A stretch of DNA of 64,000 nucleotides, from contig JBMNJH010000008.1 of NCBI GenBank assembly GCA_050951565.1, forward strand, positions 11,111 through 75,110. Reading direction: 5' to 3'. Below the pieces are notes generated by a model. It made no database searches. It saw nothing but the letters and a program-made list of their open reading frames with translations, and had not been told where the DNA came from. Within the stretch, counting starts at the first letter, position 1; the number at the start of each line of letters is the position of its first letter. This DNA comes from Peptococcia bacterium (lineage in GTDB: Bacteria > Bacillota > Peptococcia > DRI-13 > DTU073). The position numbers and the translations under genes are program-made. Of this stretch, positions 7,396 through 16,507 are shown in pieces.

Positions 7396-9243
7396 TTATC
7401 TTCCCAAATATCTAAAGTCATGCTCTCTTTCCCTCAACCTGCTGGTAGGCAACCTTTCCCTGAGTAGATCATCCTCCTCCTGCCTCCGGCCTTTTGGTAA
7501 TTCGACTTTCGTTTCATATGGCCTGAGTCTCCTGATGGAACGGTAGTCAAAAAAGTAATTCCCGTTATAATCATTTAAGTACTTGGCGTTTTTATGCTTT
7601 TGCACATCATACTTTTTGGAATAGAAGGGATAAGTACCTCTGATAATGAGGATACAGTCTTCATCGGGCAGACGCTCTAATTCATCAGGTAACATCAGTT
7701 CTCTCTTCATCACGTCGTAAGCCTTGGAACTGGTCCGGGTCCATTTCTGTTCTTTATTGTATGTATAGACATATGTATCGATTGTTTCTACGCCCAGGGC
7801 TTTGCTGACGTACTCCAGGGTGAATAAATCCATACTGCCCAGGAAAAGCAGGCTGTCACAGTTACCGACAATGGTTTCAAAGTCATCTTTATAGGTCGCC
7901 TTAATCTGAGATAGATTCTGCACGATGATACTGGCGCTGATTTCCCTGCCCCGCATGGTTCCCAGCACGCGGGCAATACTGGGAAGAAAACCGATATTCG
8001 CGAATTCATCAAGTATGCAGCGGACATGAAGATTCAGCTTACCGGTGGGCGAAGTATCCGCCTTGTTATACAGTGTTTCAAATAGTTGCGTATACATTAA
8101 AGCCGCGATAAAATTATAGGTTACAAACGCATCGGAAATGATTACGAACAAAGCTGTTTTTTCATCCCCGAGTTTATCCAGTTCCAAAGTGTCCTTGGCC
8201 ATAATATTGGCCACATCCTGAATATTGAAGATTGCCAGCCGCACCCCGGTAGAGATAAGAATGGAGCGCGCCGTTTTCCCTGAAGATTGTTTGAACACCG
8301 AATACTGTTTGACCGCCAGATGGTTCGGTTTTTCGAGCGCTAATTGGGCGAAAATTTGGTCAAGTTCGCTCTCAAAAGTCGGATCATCTTCCTTGACATC
8401 GCCTTTTCTGAGTAAATCAAGAACTGCGTTAACGGACTGGTCCTTTTTCGGGAGTTCATACCAGACATAGAAGAAAAGAGCTTGCAGAAGAGCTTTTTCG
8501 GCTCTTTCCCAGAAGGGGTCATAGGATTTGGCCTCTTCCGGCGTTGTATTGTCAATCAAACACTGAATCGCTGTTACGACGTCACCTTCATCACGCATAT
8601 AGTCGAAGGGGTTATATCCATCACTATATTCCCTTTGCACTAAATTAAGTACTTTAATTTTATACCCTTCTTTTTGCAGGAAGGCTCCCGTATCTCTCAA
8701 CAATTCGCCTTTCGGATCCGTAACCACATATGAGGAATGGGCCTGTAAGATATTGGGTTTCACATAAAGCCTGGTTTTTCCTGTGCCGGGGCCGCCAATC
8801 ACTACTGCGTTCAGGTTTTTCCCTGTTTGCATGGTATTGAGACTTAGACCTTCGGTTTGGGTGAAAATAATATTTTGATCCGGGTTTTTATCCAGCAATG
8901 GTTTAATGTCGTTTTTGCCGCCCCACTGAGCCGTACCGTGTTCTTTACCGGTCATGTATTTCTTTCTGGTAGTAAGAAAGTATACTACAAAGAGAAAATA
9001 GAAAACGGAAAAGAAGCCTAGTATTTTAAACGCTAATATGTCCGGTTGAAAAATAGGATTCGTGTTCATGTGTTGCTCAAAATCCGTCATAAACTGATTA
9101 AAATTAAAAATGGTAACTTGTTCATAAGTGCTTAATACGGTTCCGAAATGGAGAAGCGTATATGCTATGAAAAGATATATGACAATAAAAGCTATTTTAT
9201 AGTTCTGAATTCTTTTTTCCCTTTTGGCTTGTTCTGTCGTCAT
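7396..9243 (-). CDS. Type IV coupling protein (VirD4/TraG family)
   Basis: 615 aa. Two N-terminal TM helices, Walker A GGPGTGKT, VVTDPKGEL, Walker B ILDEFANIG, VQNLSQI. SD AAGAGGTG. Confidence 0.9.
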   Translation of the reverse strand: MTTEQAKREKRIQNYKIAFIVIYLFIAYTLLHFGTVLSTYEQVTIFNFNQFMTDFEQHMNTNPIFQPDILAFKILGFFSVFYFLFVVYFLTTRKKYMTGKEHGTAQWGGKNDIKPLLDKNPDQNIIFTQTEGLSLNTMQTGKNLNAVVIGGPGTGKTRLYVKPNILQAHSSYVVTDPKGELLRDTGAFLQKEGYKIKVLNLVQREYSDGYNPFDYMRDEGDVVTAIQCLIDNTTPEEAKSYDPFWERAEKALLQALFFYVWYELPKKDQSVNAVLDLLRKGDVKEDDPTFESELDQIFAQLALEKPNHLAVKQYSVFKQSSGKTARSILISTGVRLAIFNIQDVANIMAKDTLELDKLGDEKTALFVIISDAFVTYNFIAALMYTQLFETLYNKADTSPTGKLNLHVRCILDEFANIGFLPSIARVLGTMRGREISASIIVQNLSQIKATYKDDFETIVGNCDSLLFLGSMDLFTLEYVSKALGVETIDTYVYTYNKEQKWTRTSSKAYDVMKRELMLPDELERLPDEDCILIIRGTYPFYSKKYDVQKHKNAKYLNDYNGNYFFDYRSIRRLRPYETKVELPKGRRQEEDDLLRERLPTSRLREREHDFRYLGR

Positions 9244-9342
9244 ATCGGCTGCACCTCTTTTGCTGCTGACTTAAAATCCTTTCTTCATCCCTATCTTCAT
9301 CCACCGTATCAGCCGAGATACAATACCCTTCAGGTTACTTTC

Positions 9343-9371
9343 ATTATAGCAGTTTTCACCAGTGCCTACAA
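9343..9371 (-). promoter_or_regulatory. Sigma-A type promoter for the T4SS operon (TTGTAG-17-TATAAT)
   Basis: Minus strand reads cTTGTAGgcactggtgaaaactgcTATAATgaaag, about 95 nt upstream of the coupling-protein ATG. Confidence 0.5.
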
Positions 9372-9418
9372 GATAAAATAAAGAAAATTGCAATATATTA
9401 AAAATAAATATTATCAAT

Positions 9419-9463
9419 TAAAAAGAGGTGCCAAAAAGCCGGAACCCTTGACTTGTGCACCTC
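9419..9463 (-). terminator. Rho-independent terminator of the ECF/A2M/Memo operon
   Basis: Minus strand: GAGGTGC-(25 nt)-GCACCTC followed by TTTTTAATT, about 17 nt after the Memo-like stop. Confidence 0.55.
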
Positions 9464-9479
9464 CTATTTTGTTTATTTT

Positions 9480-10550
9480 TTATTTATGTCCTAGATAGGT
9501 TTCAAAAAAAAGTAAATTGAAGTAGCTGGTGGTTGCCATTTTATCGTCCCGGAACAGCACACCGGAGTTAGTGTTTCCTAGGATATGGAAGTTTTTTATC
9601 CCCGCTCGCTCCGCCCAGCGCAGCGCGCCGGCTAAAGAGGCCGGAGAATCCAGATAGGCATTGTCTAAACGAAACAGGGTCGCATAATCGAAATCCCGCA
9701 TCACCTGAAGGGTAAAGCGGTCCTTTTCCTGGGCTTCTTCCCGGGTCAGGTAATGGGAAAAATCGACGGAAGCGAGCAAAACCGCTCTCTTATCCTGCAG
9801 GGCGGCCTGCAACCGGTCAAGCAATTGGTCCACCTCCGTCAAAGACACCCCATAGTGAAGAATCACAGGCACTACCGGCGTTGCCGGGAGAAAATGCTTG
9901 ATCAAGGGCATCAGGTTCCCTACGGAATGTTCCTTGCCCAGGATTTTTTCATCCCTGACCACTTCCCGCTGCTCCAGCAAACTACACACAAGGCTTTTTT
10001 CCGTTTTAACCAGACCCAGGGGCGTCTGCCAGTCCGCCAGTCCGGTGATGATCCTTCCGCCCTGGTTATAATGGTTCGGCCCGATGAGCACCAGCACTTC
10101 CGGCTCCTGGGCAGCTACGTGCTCCAGTAGCTCCATGATCATGGTCCCGGCCACCAAATGATGGGGAAGTACCCCGGCAACGATTCTTTTCCCCTGAAGC
10201 CGTCCGGATCGCCCTCCGGTTTCAGTCAATTGACCTGTCTTTGCGGATTGAACCGCCTGAATCGATGGAGACGCTTGAGCCGCTTCCAATGATTGAGCCG
10301 ATGGAGATTCTTGCGCCGGGCTGCCGGCCGCAGGGTATTGCGCCAGGATTTGGGCCAAATCTTCCGCCGAGACAAAACTGGCCTGCGCCTTTACATTGTT
10401 CCACTCCCGTTCCTCCCCCTTAATGGGGAGGCTGCCGGCGCTGGGACAGTTGGCTTTTTCCGCTTCCAGCCGACCGCTGGCCGCCTGACAGGCGGCCAGC
10501 GCCACAGCCCCGGCCATTATAATTACTAAGGCAATCCGGCTTCGTCTCAT
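9480..10550 (-). CDS. Memo-like (MEMO1/AmmeMemoRadiSam system protein B family) protein with lipoprotein signal peptide
   Basis: 356 aa. N-terminal MRRSRIALVIIMAGAVALAAC (lipobox LAAC), an A/Q/S-rich linker, then VLPHH, GPNH and VDFSHY motifs in Memo order. The ATG overlaps the upstream stop (TAATG). Confidence 0.7.
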   Translation of the reverse strand: MRRSRIALVIIMAGAVALAACQAASGRLEAEKANCPSAGSLPIKGEEREWNNVKAQASFVSAEDLAQILAQYPAAGSPAQESPSAQSLEAAQASPSIQAVQSAKTGQLTETGGRSGRLQGKRIVAGVLPHHLVAGTMIMELLEHVAAQEPEVLVLIGPNHYNQGGRIITGLADWQTPLGLVKTEKSLVCSLLEQREVVRDEKILGKEHSVGNLMPLIKHFLPATPVVPVILHYGVSLTEVDQLLDRLQAALQDKRAVLLASVDFSHYLTREEAQEKDRFTLQVMRDFDYATLFRLDNAYLDSPASLAGALRWAERAGIKNFHILGNTNSGVLFRDDKMATTSYFNLLFFETYLGHK

Positions 10551-13500
10551 TATTTAATCACAATCCTGTCTTCCTCGCCCAGGATCCGGACGTCCCGGTT
10601 CCTGCCGTTACTCAGCAGGGTACCCTGGGCCGTAAATTCACCCGGCGAGACAACCCGTGCGTAATAGACCACTTTTTGCGTCCCGGCTCCCCCTTTTCCC
10701 GTGCCTTTCCATACGCCGAAAGCAATCTTTGGCCCTTTCACCTCAAAGGGGAAAGTCCAGTCCCTGGACACTTTTTCCCAGCTCATCCTTGCGTAGGGCC
10801 GCGGCACGTACTTCAAACCGGAGGGCAAAACATCCACCAGTTCGTAGAGGCCGGCCGGCGCCAAATCCTTGATTTCGTATTCCAGCACCACCTCCACCAG
10901 ATCCCCCGGCCGCAGCGTGGAGGTAGCCACTCCGTTGACCTTGTAGGTCCGCTTGACCGCCAGGTCGTCCCGCGCCGGCTTTTCTTCTTTTTCGTACGGC
11001 TGACTATACACGGTGGTTAGCCCTACTTTGCCGCGAATATCCTTAAACTGCAGCTGCGCCAATTCTTCCGGCAAGAGGTACAGGGCAAGTATTTCATCCC
11101 CTTGCAAGGTCTTTTGTTCCGTTTTACCCTTCCTGACATAGGTGAAGGAAACCGGTTCGCTGTCCAGATAACGCAGCTTGTATTTCAGGATCTGTAATTG
11201 TTCCAGGTTGTTGAGCAGTTCCTGGCCGGGGTTTTCCAGCAGGTACTGGTATAATTTGTTGTTCTCGGGAGCACCCAGTTTGGCCGCCAACATGGCCAAC
11301 TGGCCGGTCGCAGCGATGATTTCATCCTGGCTTTGGCCAATCTTTACACGCATGGTCGGGCCAAGGTCTTCCCCATAGACCTCCAGTAACTCCGCGTAAA
11401 TCGTCCTGGCCACCGCGCCGTTCCCGATATCCAGCATGGCCAGGGCCAGATAAACCTGCTGCTCCGGCGCCAGATCCTCCTGCGCGAGATATTTGTTGAT
11501 CTCCGGCAGGACCGGTTCGCCCAGAGCCCCTAAGCCCCACAAGGCCGGGGTGGGATCTTTTCCTTCCTTCTCCCCTTTCTCCAGTAAGGCGTAGAAGTAG
11601 CCAATCAGCGCGCTCCGGTCAAAGCCCGGACTGCCTAAGGAGGCCACCAAAGCCGTCAAAACCGGGTCGCTTTCCCCATAGGGCAAGAGGGCAATTCCCC
11701 CGTCTTCCTTCTGATAGGGCAGGAACTCATCGGTTTCGGCCGGTTCGTCGACGAACTCCTTAAAGGAAGCATCCTCCTGGGCATAATATTCCGCCAGCAG
11801 CTTCCGGGCTTCCGCAGCGGCTAATTTCTGCTCCAGCCGCTCCCCCCGATCCCAAACCAGTTGCCACAAACCACACAGGTACTGCCCCTGCTCGTAATTG
11901 CTGAATACCACGTAAGTCGGTTCTTTCGGGCTGCCTTGCAGCTTCGTGTTTTCCTCCAGCAACCGGTGGGAACTGACAAAACGCTCCAGGAAAGAGGCAG
12001 CCACGGTAAAGCTTTGACTTAGTTTATCCTGGGAATCCCCTGCCTTTCCTTCCGCAACCAGCGTGTACGTTCCTTCCTGGAGGGCGGGAAGTTGCCAGTT
12101 AAAGCTTTCCGCCACCTTCGCTTTGCCTTGTTTCTTGATCACTTTCCCCGCCGGGTCGTGCAACTCCAATTGGTAAACCACCGTATCCTGTGGGCTCACC
12201 TTTTCCCCGTAGGAACGCACCAGGACCACCGGGGTGTCCCCCACCAAATACTGCTCGTTAAACACCAGGTCGACGAAGAAAGGCAAGCGAACGGGAATCT
12301 GGTAAGTACCGCTGGCGGCCTGCAAATCCTGGGTCATAGCGTGGTAAGTCACCCGCCAGTTGGTCAAATTATCAGGCAAAACGAACTCCACCTGCGCCTC
12401 GCCGCGTCCATCGGTTTCCACGGTGGTAAACAGGACGGTATCGGTAAAATCGTCCCGTAGCTCATCGCCTCCTCCCCCCTGTTCCGCTCCGCCCGGATAG
12501 GCGGGATGGTCGTGGGAAGCCCGGGTATCCAGGTACATCAGCACGTAATCATGATAAAGGTCGACTAAGAAATTGACGTCCTGTTCATTCATGGCATAGA
12601 TCGCTTCATCGACCAGATTCAGATTGACCCTGGCTTTCACCGGCCGCTTCTCTTGATCGGTCACCTTCACCCGAAGGGAGACCTTATCCTTCGGACGGTA
12701 TTCTTTTTGGTCCGTGGTCAGCTCTACTTGCAGGGCTTTCTCTTCCCTGTCGAAGGGAATAATCTCGGACATGGACCCAATGTATACGTTCCCGTCAAAA
12801 TAGACCGCCCCGACGTTGGTGTTGGGAATGTCCGTCTTGGAGAAGACAAAACCATACTCCGGCCGGTCGGACACCTGAAAGGCTTCAATCTCTTTCTGAC
12901 CGCGATAGAACAGGAAAGCCTGTTCTCTTTCGGCCAGTTTATGCTCACTGTCCATAAAGGCCACCGACACCTGTTCCCCTTCGTTATAATACTCTTTGTC
13001 TTTTTGCAGGCGGTAATATTTATAATATTCCCCGCGGCCATAGGCGCTGTCTTCATGAATATAGACCCGCTTGCGGGCGATGCGGCCCTCTGCGTCGGGT
13101 GCGGTTAAATCAACGTAATAGGAATGCTGTGGATCGAGGGCTAGCTTGTAAAGGGCCTTCCCTTCCTGATTGGTAGTCATGGTAAAATCGGTCAGCTTTT
13201 TCGTGTCGTAAGTATAGGAATATTGTTTTTCCACCTGCTTGGTAATAAAGTTGTAGCTTTGCCCGGTCTCGATTTTCGTCCATATTTCCTGATAAATGGT
13301 CCCCTTAATGGGCTGCCCCGCCACCGGTTGACCCAGGTAGTTTTCCTGCTTTATATCCATGCCGGCATTTATTTTGTCCAAATCAATCCGGAATAACCCG
13401 GCGTCCAGGGTGACCTCCTGTCCGTTCCGCTGGACCGCGCCCTCCAAAAAGAACTTGCTGGCAAAAACATAGATTACACTGGAAGCGCTGATCTCCCCGG

Positions 13501-15700
13501 CTTCAGGCGTCGCCACCGTAACTTCCAAAGGAACATAACGGTAGGGTTCGGAATAAAAGTTATCCACATGGCCCGAATAGGGGATCTGCGCCTGTCCTTT
13601 TTCGTCTGTGACAACCTGCCCCGTTTCATCCATGATGTTGTAATTCAATTTCACCTGGGAGACAGGGGTCCCTTCGAAAAAGGCCGCCTCAGTTGGAAAA
13701 TGGACCTTTTCCCCGGCAAAGATAGCTGTTTTTTCCCGTTCTACTTTAATCTTGTAGGCCGGTTTCTGGTAAGTGGCCACCTTAAAGCCCCGGGAAAGGA
13801 AGAGGGTATCCCCTTTCCGGACTTCCAGGTAATAATAATCAGGAGCCAGGGTCGGCAGTTCAATTTCGCCGCTGAAGACGCCCTGCTTAACGGAAACCGT
13901 TTTGCTAAGCAGGGAAGTATCGTGCTGCTGCCAATAAAGGTCATTGCCCAGTCCCCGCAGGATAAGTTCTACTTCCTTCAGTTCTTCGGCTCCCCGGCGC
14001 GGGCTGAGCACGCCCCAGAAACGCACCGTATCCCCCGGCTTGAACAGCTCCCGGTCCAGGTAGAAATACTTCCAATAATCCCGCGGGTCATAGGGTAATT
14101 TTTCGGCAGCGGCGATGTTGGGGTTATCCTCTGCCGTAAACAGCGGCACAACGGTTTCCCTGGAACCGCTTTTAATAAGGGCATATTCCCTTTCCTCCGT
14201 CCGCAGGTTTTGCTCCAGGACAATGACCCCCTCTTTGTTGCCTTCAACCTTCCGGCCACTGCCCACGATTTGCAGTTGGGCATCCTGAACCGGCTTTTTG
14301 GTCTGCAGGTCATTTATCCAGAGCAGACTCTTTTCTTCTCCTTGCACCAGGTACACCGCCAAATCGGTTACCTGGAACCAAACCTGACGCACACAATCCT
14401 GCATTTCGATTTGGGCGGCATAATAGCCTGCCGGCAGGGCTTCCGGCGCCACCAGATAATGCTGGTAATCATTCGTACTGACCAGGTTTTGTTCAAATTC
14501 GGCGATTTTGGACAGTTTGCTGAAATCCTGCTGCTTTTGCTCCCATACGAAACTGGCCCATTCCGGCAATTGGTCGTTTTCGCGCAAGGCCTTGCAAAAG
14601 GCCCGGTAATCGCCATAGCGGTATACAGAAACCGCAGCTTTCGGCACTTCCTCTTCAACAAAGAAATAGACAGGAAACGCCGGAGGCTCAGAGGTCTTAA
14701 ATTCCGTTGTTTCCCGGCTTACTTGGAAAGTAAAGGCCTCCTCATCCTCTTCCGATTCGGTTTCAAAGCTGAAGGTGTAATCTGCGGGCAAGGAAGCGGC
14801 TCTGTCGGTCAGGGGCAAGCCTTTTTTCACCGTTACCACATATAAACATTCCGCTTCCAATTTTTCCGGCACAAAAACCAGGGTTTTGCCGTGTTTCTCA
14901 AAACGGCCCTTCACCTGCGGCACAATCTTTACGTACTCCTGTGCCTTTTCTAAAGAGAAATTGTCATGAGAAAAGAGAATCTCAATGCCTGTATTTAAGG
15001 GAACATAGGTGGTTTGGTCACCGGGCAGGGTTCGCACCACCCGGAAATCCCCTTTGGTTTGGAAAGCCCAGCTGTATTGGGCCCTTTCTTTTCCTTCCGG
15101 GTCAAAGGCCAGCCGGTAAACCGTATTGGCAGCCAATTTCATCTTGGGAATAATACGGTATTCCTTGCCCCCGGCTTTTTGATCCAGGGTGTACTCAAAA
15201 GCCGGTTCGACCTTGAGCTTCTTTTGCAACTCCTTTTCGGAGATGGGATCTTGACTGAGTAAGACAAAGCCGGCTTCCGGGTCGACCCCCAGAGAGTCTT
15301 CCTTCAGGGCTTTAATAGTAATTTCGCCGGCCAGGGCCGGTTGGATCCCCGGACCAAACAAGCCCGCCTGCCACAGCAGGCCGCCACAAAGCAACAAAAC
15401 CAGAAATCCAGCCACCAGTTTAAGCCCCCGGCCATTCCTGAGCCAGTTGGGCCAGGAAAAGGCGCCTTTTTGCCTGGCCCCGGTACCGTCCGGGCCCGCC
15501 TGAGCCGGATCCATCTTTTGTTCCGCCGGCTTTTGCTGTTCTTCCCCCGCCTTTTTCTCTATCGCCTGTTGTAAAGTACTGCGCAATTCATCCTGAAAAC
15601 CTTCCCTTAGCGGTGCCGGCTCTAATTCCTTAACCAACTTGCCCAACTCTTTTTCAATTGGCGTCATATCCCTATCCTGCTCAAATCGCTTTTTACTCAT
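10550..15700 (-). CDS. Membrane-anchored alpha-2-macroglobulin family protein in anti-sigma position
   Basis: 1716 aa. About 95 cytoplasmic residues, one TM helix (LKLVAGFLVLLLCGGLLWQAGLF), then a long beta-rich ectodomain. A2M-domain motif LPDNLTNWRVTYHAMT. No CxEQ thioester motif. The start overlaps the sigma-factor stop (ATGAGTAA). Confidence 0.75.
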   Translation of the reverse strand: MSKKRFEQDRDMTPIEKELGKLVKELEPAPLREGFQDELRSTLQQAIEKKAGEEQQKPAEQKMDPAQAGPDGTGARQKGAFSWPNWLRNGRGLKLVAGFLVLLLCGGLLWQAGLFGPGIQPALAGEITIKALKEDSLGVDPEAGFVLLSQDPISEKELQKKLKVEPAFEYTLDQKAGGKEYRIIPKMKLAANTVYRLAFDPEGKERAQYSWAFQTKGDFRVVRTLPGDQTTYVPLNTGIEILFSHDNFSLEKAQEYVKIVPQVKGRFEKHGKTLVFVPEKLEAECLYVVTVKKGLPLTDRAASLPADYTFSFETESEEDEEAFTFQVSRETTEFKTSEPPAFPVYFFVEEEVPKAAVSVYRYGDYRAFCKALRENDQLPEWASFVWEQKQQDFSKLSKIAEFEQNLVSTNDYQHYLVAPEALPAGYYAAQIEMQDCVRQVWFQVTDLAVYLVQGEEKSLLWINDLQTKKPVQDAQLQIVGSGRKVEGNKEGVIVLEQNLRTEEREYALIKSGSRETVVPLFTAEDNPNIAAAEKLPYDPRDYWKYFYLDRELFKPGDTVRFWGVLSPRRGAEELKEVELILRGLGNDLYWQQHDTSLLSKTVSVKQGVFSGEIELPTLAPDYYYLEVRKGDTLFLSRGFKVATYQKPAYKIKVEREKTAIFAGEKVHFPTEAAFFEGTPVSQVKLNYNIMDETGQVVTDEKGQAQIPYSGHVDNFYSEPYRYVPLEVTVATPEAGEISASSVIYVFASKFFLEGAVQRNGQEVTLDAGLFRIDLDKINAGMDIKQENYLGQPVAGQPIKGTIYQEIWTKIETGQSYNFITKQVEKQYSYTYDTKKLTDFTMTTNQEGKALYKLALDPQHSYYVDLTAPDAEGRIARKRVYIHEDSAYGRGEYYKYYRLQKDKEYYNEGEQVSVAFMDSEHKLAEREQAFLFYRGQKEIEAFQVSDRPEYGFVFSKTDIPNTNVGAVYFDGNVYIGSMSEIIPFDREEKALQVELTTDQKEYRPKDKVSLRVKVTDQEKRPVKARVNLNLVDEAIYAMNEQDVNFLVDLYHDYVLMYLDTRASHDHPAYPGGAEQGGGGDELRDDFTDTVLFTTVETDGRGEAQVEFVLPDNLTNWRVTYHAMTQDLQAASGTYQIPVRLPFFVDLVFNEQYLVGDTPVVLVRSYGEKVSPQDTVVYQLELHDPAGKVIKKQGKAKVAESFNWQLPALQEGTYTLVAEGKAGDSQDKLSQSFTVAASFLERFVSSHRLLEENTKLQGSPKEPTYVVFSNYEQGQYLCGLWQLVWDRGERLEQKLAAAEARKLLAEYYAQEDASFKEFVDEPAETDEFLPYQKEDGGIALLPYGESDPVLTALVASLGSPGFDRSALIGYFYALLEKGEKEGKDPTPALWGLGALGEPVLPEINKYLAQEDLAPEQQVYLALAMLDIGNGAVARTIYAELLEVYGEDLGPTMRVKIGQSQDEIIAATGQLAMLAAKLGAPENNKLYQYLLENPGQELLNNLEQLQILKYKLRYLDSEPVSFTYVRKGKTEQKTLQGDEILALYLLPEELAQLQFKDIRGKVGLTTVYSQPYEKEEKPARDDLAVKRTYKVNGVATSTLRPGDLVEVVLEYEIKDLAPAGLYELVDVLPSGLKYVPRPYARMSWEKVSRDWTFPFEVKGPKIAFGVWKGTGKGGAGTQKVVYYARVVSPGEFTAQGTLLSNGRNRDVRILGEEDRIVIK

Positions 15701-16247
15701 GGTCCACCATCCTTTTCCGCAAATTCCTCAACCCACGGTGCAAGAGCTGTTTGACGGAACCTTCACTTTTGTCCATGATTTCGGAAATCTCTTGATAAGA
15801 CAATTCGTACAGGTAGCGCAAAATCAGCGCTTGTCCCTGTAAGGCGGGCAATGCCTGTAACTCTTTCCTTAAACGCTCTTTTTCGACCCGCAACAACACC
15901 ACCGTCTCCGGCAAGGGGTTTTCGTCGCGCAGGCTGTCCGTCTCCAACCAATCAGCCGTTAATCCTTTCTTCCGGTAAAGATCATTTACCGCGTTGGAGG
16001 CAATTTTAAACAGCCAAACCCCCACCGGAATATTCCGGTACTCATACCGGTCAATGTGCTCCAGGGCCGAAAGAAAGGTTTGGGAAGTTAGCTCTTCAGC
16101 ATCCGCCTGGTTAAAAGTACGGTAAAATACGTAGTTGTATACCTTCAAAAAATAAGTATCGTAGAGTTCTAAAAATGCTGCTTTATCCCGTTTTATTCTT
16201 TCCACCAATTCCCTGTCATCCACTGCCGTGGTCCCAAATGAAATCAT
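15693..16247 (-). CDS. ECF-type sigma-70 family RNA polymerase sigma factor
   Basis: Region 2 (FLELYDTYFLKVYNYVFYRT) and region 4 (LILRYLYELSYQEISEIMDKSEGSVKQLLHRGLRNLRK). Start moved to Met-26 of the track ORF because it is preceded by AAGGAGGGAGAAG. Confidence 0.85.
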   Translation of the reverse strand: MISFGTTAVDDRELVERIKRDKAAFLELYDTYFLKVYNYVFYRTFNQADAEELTSQTFLSALEHIDRYEYRNIPVGVWLFKIASNAVNDLYRKKGLTADWLETDSLRDENPLPETVVLLRVEKERLRKELQALPALQGQALILRYLYELSYQEISEIMDKSEGSVKQLLHRGLRNLRKRMVDHE

Positions 16248-16280
16248 CTTCTCCCTCCTTAATGCACTGCTCATTAATAA

Positions 16281-16306
16281 TAACGCGGATGTTGAGCAAA
16301 AGTTAC
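16281..16306 (-). promoter_or_regulatory. Candidate ECF-type autoregulatory promoter (GTAAC-N16-CGTTA)
   Basis: Minus strand reads ggcGTAACttttgctcaacatccgCGTTAtt about 30 nt upstream of the revised sigma start. It matches the AAC-N16-CGT architecture of Bacillus ECF promoters. Confidence 0.4.
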
Positions 16307-16354
16307 GCCTTTTCCCGCGCAATTTTTAACCTGGCCCAAAATGCGCTAAAAAAC

Positions 16355-16399
16355 CTAAAAAAAGAAGCTGTTGCCCCTATTCTATCACACCAGCTTCTT
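16355..16399 (-). terminator. Rho-independent terminator downstream of asd
   Basis: Minus strand: AGAAGCTGG-(loop)-CAGCTTCT followed by TTTTTTT. Confidence 0.6.
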
Positions 16400-16507
16400 T
16401 TGCGTATTATTCTAATCAATCTAAACTATTGCGTTCGTTTTGTTCCTTTTGCTCCTTTTTCTTTCCTTATTCTTTTGCTTATATTATCGCTTTCCGTCCG
16501 GCTGTTT

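Larger units (their letters stand above)
1..9420. mobile_element. Partial conjugative element: Firmicute-type T4SS (conjugation) module; right boundary lies somewhere in 9244-9418
   Basis: Co-directional VirD4-like, Maff2-like, VirB6-like, PrgI-like and VirB4-like genes. Spot GC counts on single 60-nt lines are 33-47% here versus about 50% in the flanking operon. No relaxase or integrase lies on the right side; the rest must lie left of the window. Confidence 0.7.
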
